Source of the DNA: an uncultured Anaerolineales bacterium
Lineage (GTDB): Bacteria > Chloroflexota > Anaerolineae > Anaerolineales > UBA11858
DNA: 64,000 bases
Direction of reading: 5' to 3'
Assembly: GCA_964627755.1 (NCBI GenBank)
Contig: CAZVIH010000004.1
Coordinates: 50,855-114,854 of the forward strand
In this document: positions 7,414 to 16,459 of the stretch, piece after piece
How the letters are laid out: each line of letters starts with the position of its first letter
Position numbering within the stretch: position 1 is the stretch's first letter
Translations under genes and position numbers: made by a program
Notes under the pieces: generated by a model
The model's database searches: none
Told to the model about the DNA's origin: nothing
What the model saw: only the letters and a program-made list of their open reading frames with translations

Positions 7414-9024
7414 TCAGTTATTTGATCTTTTCAGTCGAAAACTGTGGTCTCCAAAACGAACTTCATCATCCTCGTTCAGTGAGATCGGCTGGTTTTTTTC
7501 CAGGCGGGTATCATTCACAAAGGAACCGTTGGTGCTGCCCAGATCGATCAGCTCGATCGTATCTCCGGCGATCAAAAATCGGGCATGATGGCGGGAGATC
7601 TTCTCAGCCGGGATATGGATCTCATTGGTTGCTGAGCGTCCCACCCGGTTTTCTCCATCCACCAGGTGGAAGATATCACCCAAGGGGGATTCGAGGATAT
7701 AGCTCTTCTCTTCCGGAGTTTCTTCCCCTCCTGGGCTGGTTTCTTCCGGTTTTACAGCGGCGAGGGCTTCGATATCCCCCATGAATAACAGGCTGGGCCG
7801 GGCCCGTTCGCTGGCAGCGCCGTATTCCAGGCTGGTGCCTACAACGACACTTTCATCGGGGTTGTCAGCCAGGATCAGGTCCTTGCCGGGAAAGCGCTCT
7901 TCCAGATGTTTGTAGATCGAATACAGCTGGGAGCCGCCGCCCACCAGAACGATCTGCCCGATCTGGTCCTCATCCAGGCCAATTGCTTTCAGGCCATTCT
8001 CAACCAGGTTGGAAAAGTTCCTGGCCAGGCCGCTGGTGATATCCTGGAATTTGCCTTTATCAAGTTTGACCATACCCCGGAAGATCTCACCGTCGCGCAT
8101 CACCAGGGTAACAGTCCTTTGCGGGACGCGTGAAGTATCCTCATCAAAGAGCAGCTGGCGGCTGAGGGATTCCTTGAGACGTTTGGCTACATTGCGTAAT
8201 GAAAGCAGTGCCCCGGGGTCTTCGGCGATAGCGGAGGCCGGGATGCGCAGTTCATCGGCAATGCTGTTGGCCAGCTGGGTATCGTAGTGGCCGCCGCCAA
8301 AAGCCTCACCGTAGCGGCCGATGAAGATCAATTCCCCACTGCGGGGATCAACTTCTCCAGCTACCAGGTCTGTGGTGCTGCCGCCCACATCCACGATCAG
8401 AGTTGATTTGCCTGCAGATAGATGCTGGAGGTGACCCTGCCTTTTCAGGCTCAGGATGGCTCCTTCTGGTTCAGAGACAAAGCGGATGTTTTCGTGCACC
8501 TCTTCCGGCAGGCAGTTCTTGACGACTTTGGAAAAATCATCAAAGATCACACCCGCATGAGCGGTTTGCCAGTGGACGGGATAAGCAAAAGCAAATACAG
8601 CTCTCGCATCAAAACTGCCCGTGCGCCACTTTTCCCGCAAGAGCTGGGCCAGCACCGCGTCCAGCATCAGGCGCGTGAAGGTCAGCGCCTGCTGGTGGGT
8701 GTAGCGCAGCTGGTGAGGTTCGGGATTGGGATCGAGGTGGGCGCCGATGCAGGGTTTAAAGTAGTCCCGGATCCGAAGCCGGTTGGATTCGTCATCCACC
8801 TGGCTCTGGGCCATATCTCCGTAGCAGTCCAGCTCAGTGCCATCCGGGGTCAGCAGCAGTATGGCCGGCAGGCGCCGGTCGACAAAGCTGGTCAGGGGAG
8901 AGGGACTGGGCTCACCGATCAGGTGGACGCGGTTGCCCACCAGGTCATACTGGGAGCGGTACAGGCGCCAGTTGGTGGCGCCGCAGTCAAAGGCGAAGAG
9001 GGTTTTCTGCTCTGTGTTTGCCAT
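7414..9024 (-). CDS. Hsp70/actin-fold (ASKHA) ATPase fused to a C-terminal FHA domain
   Basis: 536 aa. ASKHA motifs are FAFDCGATN, LIVDVGGSTTDL and IVLVGGGSQL. The FHA part (about 7426..7670) has NRVGRS, ISRHHARF and DLGSTNGSFVN. Confidence 0.8.
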   Translation of the reverse strand: MANTEQKTLFAFDCGATNWRLYRSQYDLVGNRVHLIGEPSPSPLTSFVDRRLPAILLLTPDGTELDCYGDMAQSQVDDESNRLRIRDYFKPCIGAHLDPNPEPHQLRYTHQQALTFTRLMLDAVLAQLLREKWRTGSFDARAVFAFAYPVHWQTAHAGVIFDDFSKVVKNCLPEEVHENIRFVSEPEGAILSLKRQGHLQHLSAGKSTLIVDVGGSTTDLVAGEVDPRSGELIFIGRYGEAFGGGHYDTQLANSIADELRIPASAIAEDPGALLSLRNVAKRLKESLSRQLLFDEDTSRVPQRTVTLVMRDGEIFRGMVKLDKGKFQDITSGLARNFSNLVENGLKAIGLDEDQIGQIVLVGGGSQLYSIYKHLEERFPGKDLILADNPDESVVVGTSLEYGAASERARPSLLFMGDIEALAAVKPEETSPGGEETPEEKSYILESPLGDIFHLVDGENRVGRSATNEIHIPAEKISRHHARFLIAGDTIELIDLGSTNGSFVNDTRLEKNQPISLNEDDEVRFGDHSFRLKRSNN

Positions 9025-9039
9025 TTAGTCTTCTCCCTG

Positions 9040-11523
9040 TTATTTGCTGTCCAGCCACTCTTGAACTTCCTGGCGTTCAATAATCTCAGGATTTCCCTCA
9101 GTCATTGCAAGGAAATTCTCAAAATCTTCCCGGGCTGGTTCGATCTCATCCAAAGCGCGATAACAAATACCTCGCCGGTAATGGATAAAGGAATCATCAC
9201 TCCCCAGTGCAAGTGCTTCATTTGCATTATCAATGCACTCCTGCCACTCGCCGACAGCGGAGTGAATATAAGCCCGCATATGATAGAAGAAACTGTTCCC
9301 CGGATCCAGTTCAATGGCCCGGCTGAGGTCCATGATCGCCTCCTCCGGGTTGTCGAACATCTCGAAGCGGATCATACCCATCAGCCAGTGGGCGCTGGCA
9401 TTTTCCGGGTCAAGGGACAGGGCATGGTCCATAGCCCAGTGGGCTTCATCTTTGTTTTGGTCTTCCCCGGTATTGAAGTTGGCTTCCGCCAGACTGTACC
9501 AGGCGCCAAAATTATTCGGATCCAGTTCTGTGGCTGTCCTCAATTGTTCGATCGCGCCATAGAAATCTCCAAATTCCCGTTTAGCCTGGCCGAGTTGAAC
9601 GTAGACCTCAGCCTCCCGGAAGCCAGTATTGAGGGCATTTTCGAAAGCCTCAATGGCCCCCCCCACATCCCCGGCGGCATAGAGATTTGTCCCCTCAAGG
9701 AAAAGTTCTTCGCCATTTCCCCAGGGAGCGTCCGGGTCCACTCCCGGCGGGTAGTAGGACACAGTAACTTTACGGAGGGTGACATTACCGTCCCCAGGAT
9801 TGAAGCGGAAGTCATGCCCGCTGATAAGATTGGCAAATCTGGCATCGTTCAGGTCAAAAACCACGTTCTTGAATTCACCCGTATCTTTAAGTTCAACTAT
9901 TTCAGTATCTTTTAATCTGCCATCACCAGACCCTCCTCCGGAGTGAGCATCATATTGCAAGACAAACCAATGATTGGTCAGATCCAGCTCACTGGCTTGA
10001 TCGAGGTACTCAACTTCAACGCGGACATGTCCCTCTTCAGGCAGTTCAAATAGTAGATTATCATCAATATCAAATGTCAGGTACCAATCCTCAATATCAT
10101 TATCACCATCTGAAGGTAATACTATTCCATTGCCGCTTTGGAAAACATGAGTTCCATCATCCATCTCAATGATTTCGAAATCTTGGTCTCCCCCCAGAAC
10201 AATTTTCAGCTCTTCGTCTTGGTGTTCAAAATCAAAGAATATTTCTACGGGAGTGCTGGGGTGACCTGGATCAGATTCTAATTCTTCATCGGAGGATGAG
10301 CTGGGTATTGAAGTTGACTCATTGGCTGCAGTAGCTCTTACTTGAACAGCGTTGGTTGAAGTCGGGGTGGTGGGCGTGGTTCCTCCAAAATCGATCACCT
10401 GGGTCAGGATCACTCCCACAACAGCCAAAATACCCACTGCGCCAGCAATATAAACCCAGAGAGGGATCTTTTTCTTTTCCCCCTTGGGTTTTGGAGCTGA
10501 TTTTTCTTTGGCCTTCCTCTCAGCTGGGGTTTCTTCGGCTGGTTCTTCTTTTTTGGCTTCTGCCTCCATCACAATCGTGGCCTGCTCCATATCCTCGGCT
10601 TTCATGGTCACCGTGGGCGCTTCCAGGCCATCATCAACTATGGTTGGGGGCTCCTCAGCCGGGACTGCGATCGGCTCTGTGGATTCCAGGGCCTGAAGAG
10701 CAATCCGCAGGGCACCAACCAGTTCTACAGCGGAGGAGAATCTGCCTTCGGGCGATTTGGCCAGGGCGCGGTCGATCACTTCCTGGGCCGTGCTGGGCAC
10801 GCCATCTACCAGCTCACTGATGGTAGGGACGGGATCGTTGATCTGTTTATGGACGATGCCGATCGGTGTTTTGGCATCGTAGGGAACCTGACCGGTGAGC
10901 ATTTCAAAAGCCACCACACCCAGGGAGTAAATGTCGCTTTCTTCGGTGAGGTCATCTCCCCGGCCCTGCTCGGGAGACATATAGGCTGGCGTGCCAACCA
11001 GAGTTCCGGTAGCGGTAAATTTCTGGTCGCTGAGCAATTTGGCGATACCAAAATCTGTTAGGTAGGCTTTATTTTCGCTGTCGATCATGATATTGGAGGG
11101 TTTGATATCCCTGTGCAGCATGCCCTTGGAGTGGGCGTAATCCAGGGCGCTGGCGATATCATTGATGATCGATCCGATCAGCTTGATGGGCATGCGCTCC
11201 CCTTTGTTGCCCATCTCGACCAGCTTGGTATGGAGGTTGACCCCGTCAATATACTCCATCACCATAAAGATCAAACCTTCCTGGATATCAAAATCATACA
11301 CCTGGACAATATTCGGGTGGCGCAGGTTAGCCACAGCTTTGGCTTCGCGTTTAAAGCGAGCCACAAAATCGCCCCCTTCCAGCAGGTAACTGTGCAGTAC
11401 CTTAACAGCAACCTTGCGGTCCAGGTGGGTATGAACTCCCGCGTATACTTCCGCCATCCCTCCCTGGCCCAGGCGTTCAGTGATGCGATATTTTCCGATT
11501 TCTGTTCCAATTAAGCTAGCCAC
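9040..11523 (-). CDS. membrane receptor Ser/Thr protein kinase with TPR-containing ectodomain
   Basis: 827 aa. Hanks motifs are GQGGMAEVY, VAVKVL, HRDIKPSNIM, DFGIAK and GTPAYMSPEQ. One TM helix (IPLWVYIAGAVGILAVVGVILTQVI). C-terminal TPR-like repeats. GTG start lies 4 nt after GGAGAGG. Confidence 0.9.
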   Translation of the reverse strand: MASLIGTEIGKYRITERLGQGGMAEVYAGVHTHLDRKVAVKVLHSYLLEGGDFVARFKREAKAVANLRHPNIVQVYDFDIQEGLIFMVMEYIDGVNLHTKLVEMGNKGERMPIKLIGSIINDIASALDYAHSKGMLHRDIKPSNIMIDSENKAYLTDFGIAKLLSDQKFTATGTLVGTPAYMSPEQGRGDDLTEESDIYSLGVVAFEMLTGQVPYDAKTPIGIVHKQINDPVPTISELVDGVPSTAQEVIDRALAKSPEGRFSSAVELVGALRIALQALESTEPIAVPAEEPPTIVDDGLEAPTVTMKAEDMEQATIVMEAEAKKEEPAEETPAERKAKEKSAPKPKGEKKKIPLWVYIAGAVGILAVVGVILTQVIDFGGTTPTTPTSTNAVQVRATAANESTSIPSSSSDEELESDPGHPSTPVEIFFDFEHQDEELKIVLGGDQDFEIIEMDDGTHVFQSGNGIVLPSDGDNDIEDWYLTFDIDDNLLFELPEEGHVRVEVEYLDQASELDLTNHWFVLQYDAHSGGGSGDGRLKDTEIVELKDTGEFKNVVFDLNDARFANLISGHDFRFNPGDGNVTLRKVTVSYYPPGVDPDAPWGNGEELFLEGTNLYAAGDVGGAIEAFENALNTGFREAEVYVQLGQAKREFGDFYGAIEQLRTATELDPNNFGAWYSLAEANFNTGEDQNKDEAHWAMDHALSLDPENASAHWLMGMIRFEMFDNPEEAIMDLSRAIELDPGNSFFYHMRAYIHSAVGEWQECIDNANEALALGSDDSFIHYRRGICYRALDEIEPAREDFENFLAMTEGNPEIIERQEVQEWLDSK

Positions 11524-11731
11524 GGTTCCTCTCCTCTTTGATCAACTTCGCCCACCAATGCTGGAAAATCATCTATTCAATTATCATAGTTGAGAAATGG
11601 TAAAGATAAACATGAACGAGTTGCCGTGAGTGTTAAACTCCGCAATATGTCAAGCTGAAATTTATAGTAGCATGGTTACCTTTCAATTTCAAGGAGAAAG
11701 GTCGCTGCGCGACCGATAGGAGATGGGTGGG

Positions 11732-11820
11732 GCTCACTACGTTCACGACGGATGACGAAGGCCCGGAGACGGGGAAGGGCGCTGCACGACAGACGGAAGA
11801 CGGAGGACGGAGGACGGGAT
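11732..11820. repeat. GC-rich repeat modules (forward orientation), same family as 3157..3272
   Basis: 11732..11775 (gctcactacgttcacgacggatgacgaaggcccggagacgggga) matches 3157..3200 at 35 of 44 ungapped positions by hand count. It is followed by gacggaagacggaggacggagg. Confidence 0.75.
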
Positions 11821-11874
11821 CTTCTCTGGGCTCAGGATAGGGAAATGTAAAAGCAGAGGCTGGCGTTCCTGCTT

Positions 11875-12180
11875 GAGCCAAATATCGCTCTGACGCTCGT
11901 CCTCGATCGTTGCATATAGCCTCACCGGGGACGGTTCGGCGAGCAGGGGTAATGCGGATGAGGAACAGAGATGCGCGAATCTTATGCTGAGCCAAAAATC
12001 GCTCCGACGCTCGTCCTCGGGCGTCGCATATAGCCTCACCGGGGACAGTTCGGGGAGCAGGGGTAATGCGGATGAGGAACAGAGATGCGCGAATCTTATG
12101 CTTGAGCCAAATATTGCTCCGACGCCCGTCCTCGGGCGTCGCATTTAGCCTCACCGGGGACAGTTCGGGGAGCAGGGGTG
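11875..12180. repeat. tandem repeat, 114-115-bp unit, 2.7 copies
   Basis: Units start with gagccaaa at 11875, 11989 and 12104. The whole unit is conserved with scattered substitutions. Each carries a gacgc(t/c)cgtcctcgggcgtc hairpin. Confidence 0.9.
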
Positions 12181-12425
12181 AGTGAGGCTGCGCTTCGTGA
12201 CGGGGGACGGACCCTTCGACTGTGCGAAGAATAAATCTTGCTCCGCTCAGGGCAGCAGTGGGAGACGGGCGGGCTCACTAGGATTAAAAACTTACTGGAC
12301 CTTAATCACCTTACTCCTTACGATTTACATTTTACTCGCCGAAGGTGCCTTCCATTTTTGTTATGCGGGATTATTCCAGGTAGGGATGGGATATAATATT
12401 TATCCAGTCATTAAGGGAAAAAATT

Positions 12426-12953
12426 ATGAATAAAAAGCTGATCATACTTGTTATTTTGTTATTCTGTTTGCCGCTGTTTGCCTGTTCTGGTGATGAATCA
12501 CCCGAACCGGTTGCACCCGCGGAATCACCTGAAATAAACCTGCCGGATATCTCAGCAGAACCGACCGCCGCTCCGGATGACCCACAATCCGAGGCAAATT
12601 TTGTCACTACTATCGATCAAATTACCGGGACCTGGATCGCAACCGCAGATCAGGGTTATTTTGTGGCAGTGATCTCTCCGGATGGTATGTTCCGGGTTGC
12701 TTCTTCCTCGGAGGAAATGGAGAAAGGATCCACTGACAGTTGGAAGTTTACCTTTGAGGAAGACCAGATCAAAGCCACTGGTTATGCGCTTTGCCTGGGT
12801 GATACGGGAATTTACCTGGCAGAGATCAATCCAGACGGCACCCTGAAATTCATTACAATTTCTGATCCCTGTACCGGGCGGATAAGGAAAATGGATCGCA
12901 GTCTGCCCGGGCGCTTGACGCCTTATGATTTGATCTTCCATCTGGTAGAGTAG
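12426..12953 (+). CDS. lipoprotein, function unknown
   Basis: 175 aa with signal peptide and lipobox MNKKLIILVILLFCLPLFAC. Confidence 0.7.
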   Translation: MNKKLIILVILLFCLPLFACSGDESPEPVAPAESPEINLPDISAEPTAAPDDPQSEANFVTTIDQITGTWIATADQGYFVAVISPDGMFRVASSSEEMEKGSTDSWKFTFEEDQIKATGYALCLGDTGIYLAEINPDGTLKFITISDPCTGRIRKMDRSLPGRLTPYDLIFHLVE

Positions 12954-12973
12954 ATCAGATCTCCAGAAAATAT

Positions 12974-13008
12974 AAAAACCTCTTTCTAAATCCGGAAAGA
13001 GGTTTTTT
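12974..13008. terminator. bidirectional rho-independent terminator
   Basis: cctctttc (12979-12986) pairs with gaaagagg (12995-13002). The hairpin has an A-run before and TTTTTT after, and lies between convergent genes. Confidence 0.7.
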
Positions 13009-13157
13009 GGTTAACAAGCTGGGTATTTAATCGAGTGATTGGCAAATAAGAATGGGTTCCTAAATCCCTTTGGAATTACTATTACCGAAAATCATCATTA
13101 AACCGGCTATTATCAATATTAACCTTCTTTTCTTGAACCAGTGGTTTTCTCCTAGAT

Positions 13158-13958
13158 TTAGCCCTTGATATGCAGCGCATTGTAAAACATGAATAACGCT
13201 GCCAGCCAATTTGTATATGCAAACAGCCTTTTTAGGTTCTTTGGTTTTGTATTAAGGGACAATTTGCTGCCGATGATCCCGCCGATGATTGTGACAACTG
13301 CCAGAGGTATTGCCCAGGATGGATTGAAGTCACCTCGCAGGGCATGGCCAGTGAATCCCATCAGGGCTGTGGCGGAGATCAGGGTCGATGCTGTTCCAAC
13401 CGCGGTGTGCATGGGGACACCACAAGCCAGGACCATCAAGGGAACAAGGAAAGACCCGCCTGAAACGCCCACCATGCCGGAGGCAAATCCTGTGACTAGC
13501 ACGGCCGGCACTGCGAATAAAAGATTAACCTGATAATCCTTCGTACCATCTTTGATGGTGACCAAACTAAACTGGCTCTGATTATTTTCTGGTTTCTTCT
13601 CAATAATGGGAATTAACATCACTCCGCCGGCAATCAGCAGCATTCCTGAAAAGACCAATTTTAGAGTATATCCGCTGAACCAATGAGATAAGTATCCACC
13701 GCCCAAAGCAGAAAGGGATGTGATCCCGCCAATAAGGATGGCCAGGGGCCAGGATACGGTTTTGTTTTTTTGAAAGATGAAGATCGCCGCAATAGAAGCA
13801 GCAAAAAGAATGAATTGCCCGGTGGTGGCTGCCTCGTGCATTGGGATCTGGGTCAGGGCCAGGATCACGACATAAAAGTTACCGCCGCCTTTGCCAACCA
13901 TAGTCATGGCGATGGCAACTATGAAGATCAAGACAAATATAGTTAGTGATTTGATCAT
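13158..13958 (-). CDS. TauE/SafE-family anion exporter (membrane protein)
   Basis: 266 aa, polytopic, with two GGG/SGG-containing half repeats (VGKGGGNF, VGVSGGSFLVPLMV). Confidence 0.7.
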   Translation of the reverse strand: MIKSLTIFVLIFIVAIAMTMVGKGGGNFYVVILALTQIPMHEAATTGQFILFAASIAAIFIFQKNKTVSWPLAILIGGITSLSALGGGYLSHWFSGYTLKLVFSGMLLIAGGVMLIPIIEKKPENNQSQFSLVTIKDGTKDYQVNLLFAVPAVLVTGFASGMVGVSGGSFLVPLMVLACGVPMHTAVGTASTLISATALMGFTGHALRGDFNPSWAIPLAVVTIIGGIIGSKLSLNTKPKNLKRLFAYTNWLAALFMFYNALHIKG

Positions 13959-14036
13959 ATGTTTTTGAATCTCAATTTTTAGTGATCAGGATAATCATTA
14001 ATGATAATCCTTGTCTGCGATCTTAAACGATCAACT

Positions 14037-14702
14037 TTAAAAATAACTGGCTGCCAGGGCTATCAGGAACTGGCCGCTGAAATAGAAAATCAGGTTAACT
14101 CGATTGTATTTCCATGGGCGCCAGAAACGGTTGGCAGCCAGGATCAGATCTGATATGTAGAATAATAAAGCACCAAAAACGATCATCAGGGCTTGCTGCT
14201 GGTTGAACTCTGGGCTTAGCAGGGTCGAGAGGGCCCGGCTGACCATCAGTGAAATGACCGCGATATAACCAATCACCGGAATTTTCATAGAGCCCAGGTT
14301 GGCCTGGATCAATTTATAGACCCAGAGGGAAAATGCTAACAACAGTATCACGAAAAGGAAATCCCAGGTTGAAAAGCGACCCAGCTTGAAAAAGACCGCA
14401 GTATAAATTATATGGCCCACCAGGAAAAGGGCCAATCCAATCATAAAGGATTTTTTATGTTCCTGGAACATAAGGGCAATATCGCCGCCCAATGAAAAGA
14501 TTAATCCGGACAGGATGCCGATTGAGTAAATCAGATTCCGGGTTGGTTCCAGGAATGAAACCGCCGCCGCGCTGATGATCAAAAAGGTGGACAGAGGCTT
14601 GAGAAAGTAGATCTGCGGTTTTTTATCCAGGATTTCTGCACGGATTAAAAGCAGTACGGTAACGGCGAGTGCTGGGGTGATATAAAGGGCATATTTTATC
14701 AA
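14037..14702 (-). CDS. YhhN-family membrane protein (lysoplasmalogenase-like)
   Basis: 221 aa, about 7 TM segments, with GDIALMF and VGHIIY motifs. TTG start lies 4 nt after GGAGG. Confidence 0.55.
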   Translation of the reverse strand: MIKYALYITPALAVTVLLLIRAEILDKKPQIYFLKPLSTFLIISAAAVSFLEPTRNLIYSIGILSGLIFSLGGDIALMFQEHKKSFMIGLALFLVGHIIYTAVFFKLGRFSTWDFLFVILLLAFSLWVYKLIQANLGSMKIPVIGYIAVISLMVSRALSTLLSPEFNQQQALMIVFGALLFYISDLILAANRFWRPWKYNRVNLIFYFSGQFLIALAASYF

Positions 14703-14755
14703 GTTTCCTCCAATCAGGTATTCAGAAATCAGTATTTAGTCCCCCGTTGTAGGCC

Positions 14756-14986
14756 CTAATCGTTCCTTTCTTTGGCTCCGGATTTGGTGACTCCGTGAGA
14801 CCCCAGAAAGGTATTAAATGCTTCCTCAAAACTGCTGCCCTCATAAATAAAACTTCTGGCATCTTTTCCAGCCCACTTTTTCACACGCCAGTGTTTGAGC
14901 ACCGGAGAATAAAACAGGGAGCGGTTTTCCATGGTCAGCTGCATGGCTTCGCCCCACTGCATAAGTTCCTTTTTGATAATTTCCAT
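14756..14986 (-). CDS. small hypothetical protein
   Basis: ORF 14756..15043. I prefer the internal ATG at 14986, which lies 6 nt after GAGAGG. No recognisable family. Confidence 0.4.
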   Translation of the reverse strand: MEIIKKELMQWGEAMQLTMENRSLFYSPVLKHWRVKKWAGKDARSFIYEGSSFEEAFNTFLGSHGVTKSGAKERND

Positions 14987-15264
14987 AGGAATCCTCTCAA
15001 CCTGCCATATGTAAGAGAAAAGTTTGATGAAATTTCCTGTCATTGATTATAAAACAAATCCAATAGAGGCAGATTTTTGGGACAGAACAGGGCCGAGTAA
15101 ACACCTAACTATATGAAACGGATAACCTTTGCACCATGCTGCTTACTCTGTACTCCTTACAGCTACTTCCATTCCCGCATCTTCTACACCTGAATTCAGT
15201 TATAATCCATGAATTACTGCATTGATCAATAGGGACCTTTCCCTACTATCTTGAGGGAGCGATC

Positions 15265-16386
15265 ATGAATGTCCAGATTAAAGAAGTTACCACCCGCAAA
15301 GATCTGAAAAAATTCATCCGTTTCCCGCATTCCATTCCGCGGGAAAACAACGCCTGGGTACCGGCCCTGGATTTTGATGAGATGAACAACCTGCATTGGA
15401 GTAAAAACTCGGCTTTTGACCACTGCCAGGCTCACTACTACCTGGCTTTTGACCGGGGCAGGATCGTCGGTCGAGTAGCGGCGATCTATAATAAATTGCA
15501 TACAGAAACCTGGGGTGAGAATTTCATGCGTTTTGGCTGGATTGATTTCATGGATGATCCGGCTGTGGTCGATGCCCTGATGGAGAAAGTAGAGTCATGG
15601 GCAGCAGAACTGGGATGCACAGCCGTCCACGGTCCCCTGGGATTCACTGATCTTGACCGGGAGGGTATGCTAGTTGAGGGATTTGACGAACTGGCTACAC
15701 TGGCAACCCGGCACGATCCGCCCTATTACCACGAACACCTGGAACGGTTAGGTTATGGAAAAGCCGTCGACTGGTATGAACACCTGGTTACCCTGCCTGA
15801 TGAGCTGGATGAAAAGATCATCCGCATAGCTGGACTGGTCAAGAAGCGTTATAAACTGCAGGTTTTTGTAGCAAAAAACAAGAATGAATTATTGAAATAT
15901 GCCCCGGAGCTCTTTGAAGTGATCAATGAAACCTACAGCCATCTGTATGGGGTGGTTCACCTGACTGAAAAACAGCGGGAAGCTTATGTTAAGCAGTATT
16001 TTGGATTTGTGGTCCCGGACCTGATACCTATAGTACTGGACGAAAATGGAAAGATGGTTGCCTTTACAATTGCCATGCCTTCTCTTTCCAGGGCGATCCA
16101 GAAGGCTCGCGGGCAGCTCTTCCCCTTTGGTTTTGTGCATTTACTGCGAGCGTTGAATAAATTTGACAGGATTGATACTTACCTGGGAGCAGTCATACCT
16201 GGACTGCAGGGCAGGGGTGTGAATGCTTTGATGATGGTTAGTTTATTTGAAGCTTGTAAAAAACATGGCGTGAAAACCGTTCATGCCAATCCCCAGCTGG
16301 AGAGCAATCAGAAGGTGTGGTCGCAGTGGAGATATTTCGATACCAGGCAGCATAAACGCCGCAGGGTGTATATTAAACACCTCTAG
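15265..16386 (+). CDS. GNAT-like N-acetyltransferase family protein (tentative)
   Basis: 373 aa. LQGRGVNALMM resembles the acetyl-CoA Q/RxxGxG/A motif. ATG follows GAGGGAG. Confidence 0.5.
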   Translation: MNVQIKEVTTRKDLKKFIRFPHSIPRENNAWVPALDFDEMNNLHWSKNSAFDHCQAHYYLAFDRGRIVGRVAAIYNKLHTETWGENFMRFGWIDFMDDPAVVDALMEKVESWAAELGCTAVHGPLGFTDLDREGMLVEGFDELATLATRHDPPYYHEHLERLGYGKAVDWYEHLVTLPDELDEKIIRIAGLVKKRYKLQVFVAKNKNELLKYAPELFEVINETYSHLYGVVHLTEKQREAYVKQYFGFVVPDLIPIVLDENGKMVAFTIAMPSLSRAIQKARGQLFPFGFVHLLRALNKFDRIDTYLGAVIPGLQGRGVNALMMVSLFEACKKHGVKTVHANPQLESNQKVWSQWRYFDTRQHKRRRVYIKHL

Positions 16387-16415
16387 AAGATTTTCGTTCT
16401 TCACCGAATTGCATT

Positions 16416-16453
16416 ATAGTTCCGGATGAACCTGCAAGTTAGTCCGGAACTAT
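16416..16453. terminator. hairpin between convergent genes
   Basis: atagttccgga (16416-16426) pairs with tccggaactat (16443-16453): an 11-bp perfect stem followed by tattctt. Confidence 0.55.
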
Positions 16454-16459
16454 TATTCT

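Noticed and set aside
8422-9915. 497-aa plus-strand ORF
   Set aside because: It lies antisense to two strongly supported minus-strand genes (Hsp70-FHA and the kinase) and crosses their intergenic gap. It has no recognisable motifs. Long antisense ORFs are expected in GC-biased coding DNA.
11875-12180. CRISPR array
   Set aside because: The entire 114-115-bp unit is conserved, so there are no unique spacers. The period is far longer than repeat plus spacer, and there are no cas genes in the window.
11633-12278. Minus-strand ORFs of 173, 133 and 60 aa in the repeat region
   Set aside because: Their repeated peptide segments simply follow the 114-115-bp DNA repeat. There is no SD and there are multiple overlapping frames. 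I treat the region as non-coding.
1-12300. Compositional (GC) island for the left 12 kb
   Set aside because: Hand counts of 60-nt samples gave 33/60 (5001..5060), 32/60 (21001..21060) and 31/60 (35001..35060) G+C. No clear shift is visible, so a proper sliding-window calculation is needed before any claim.
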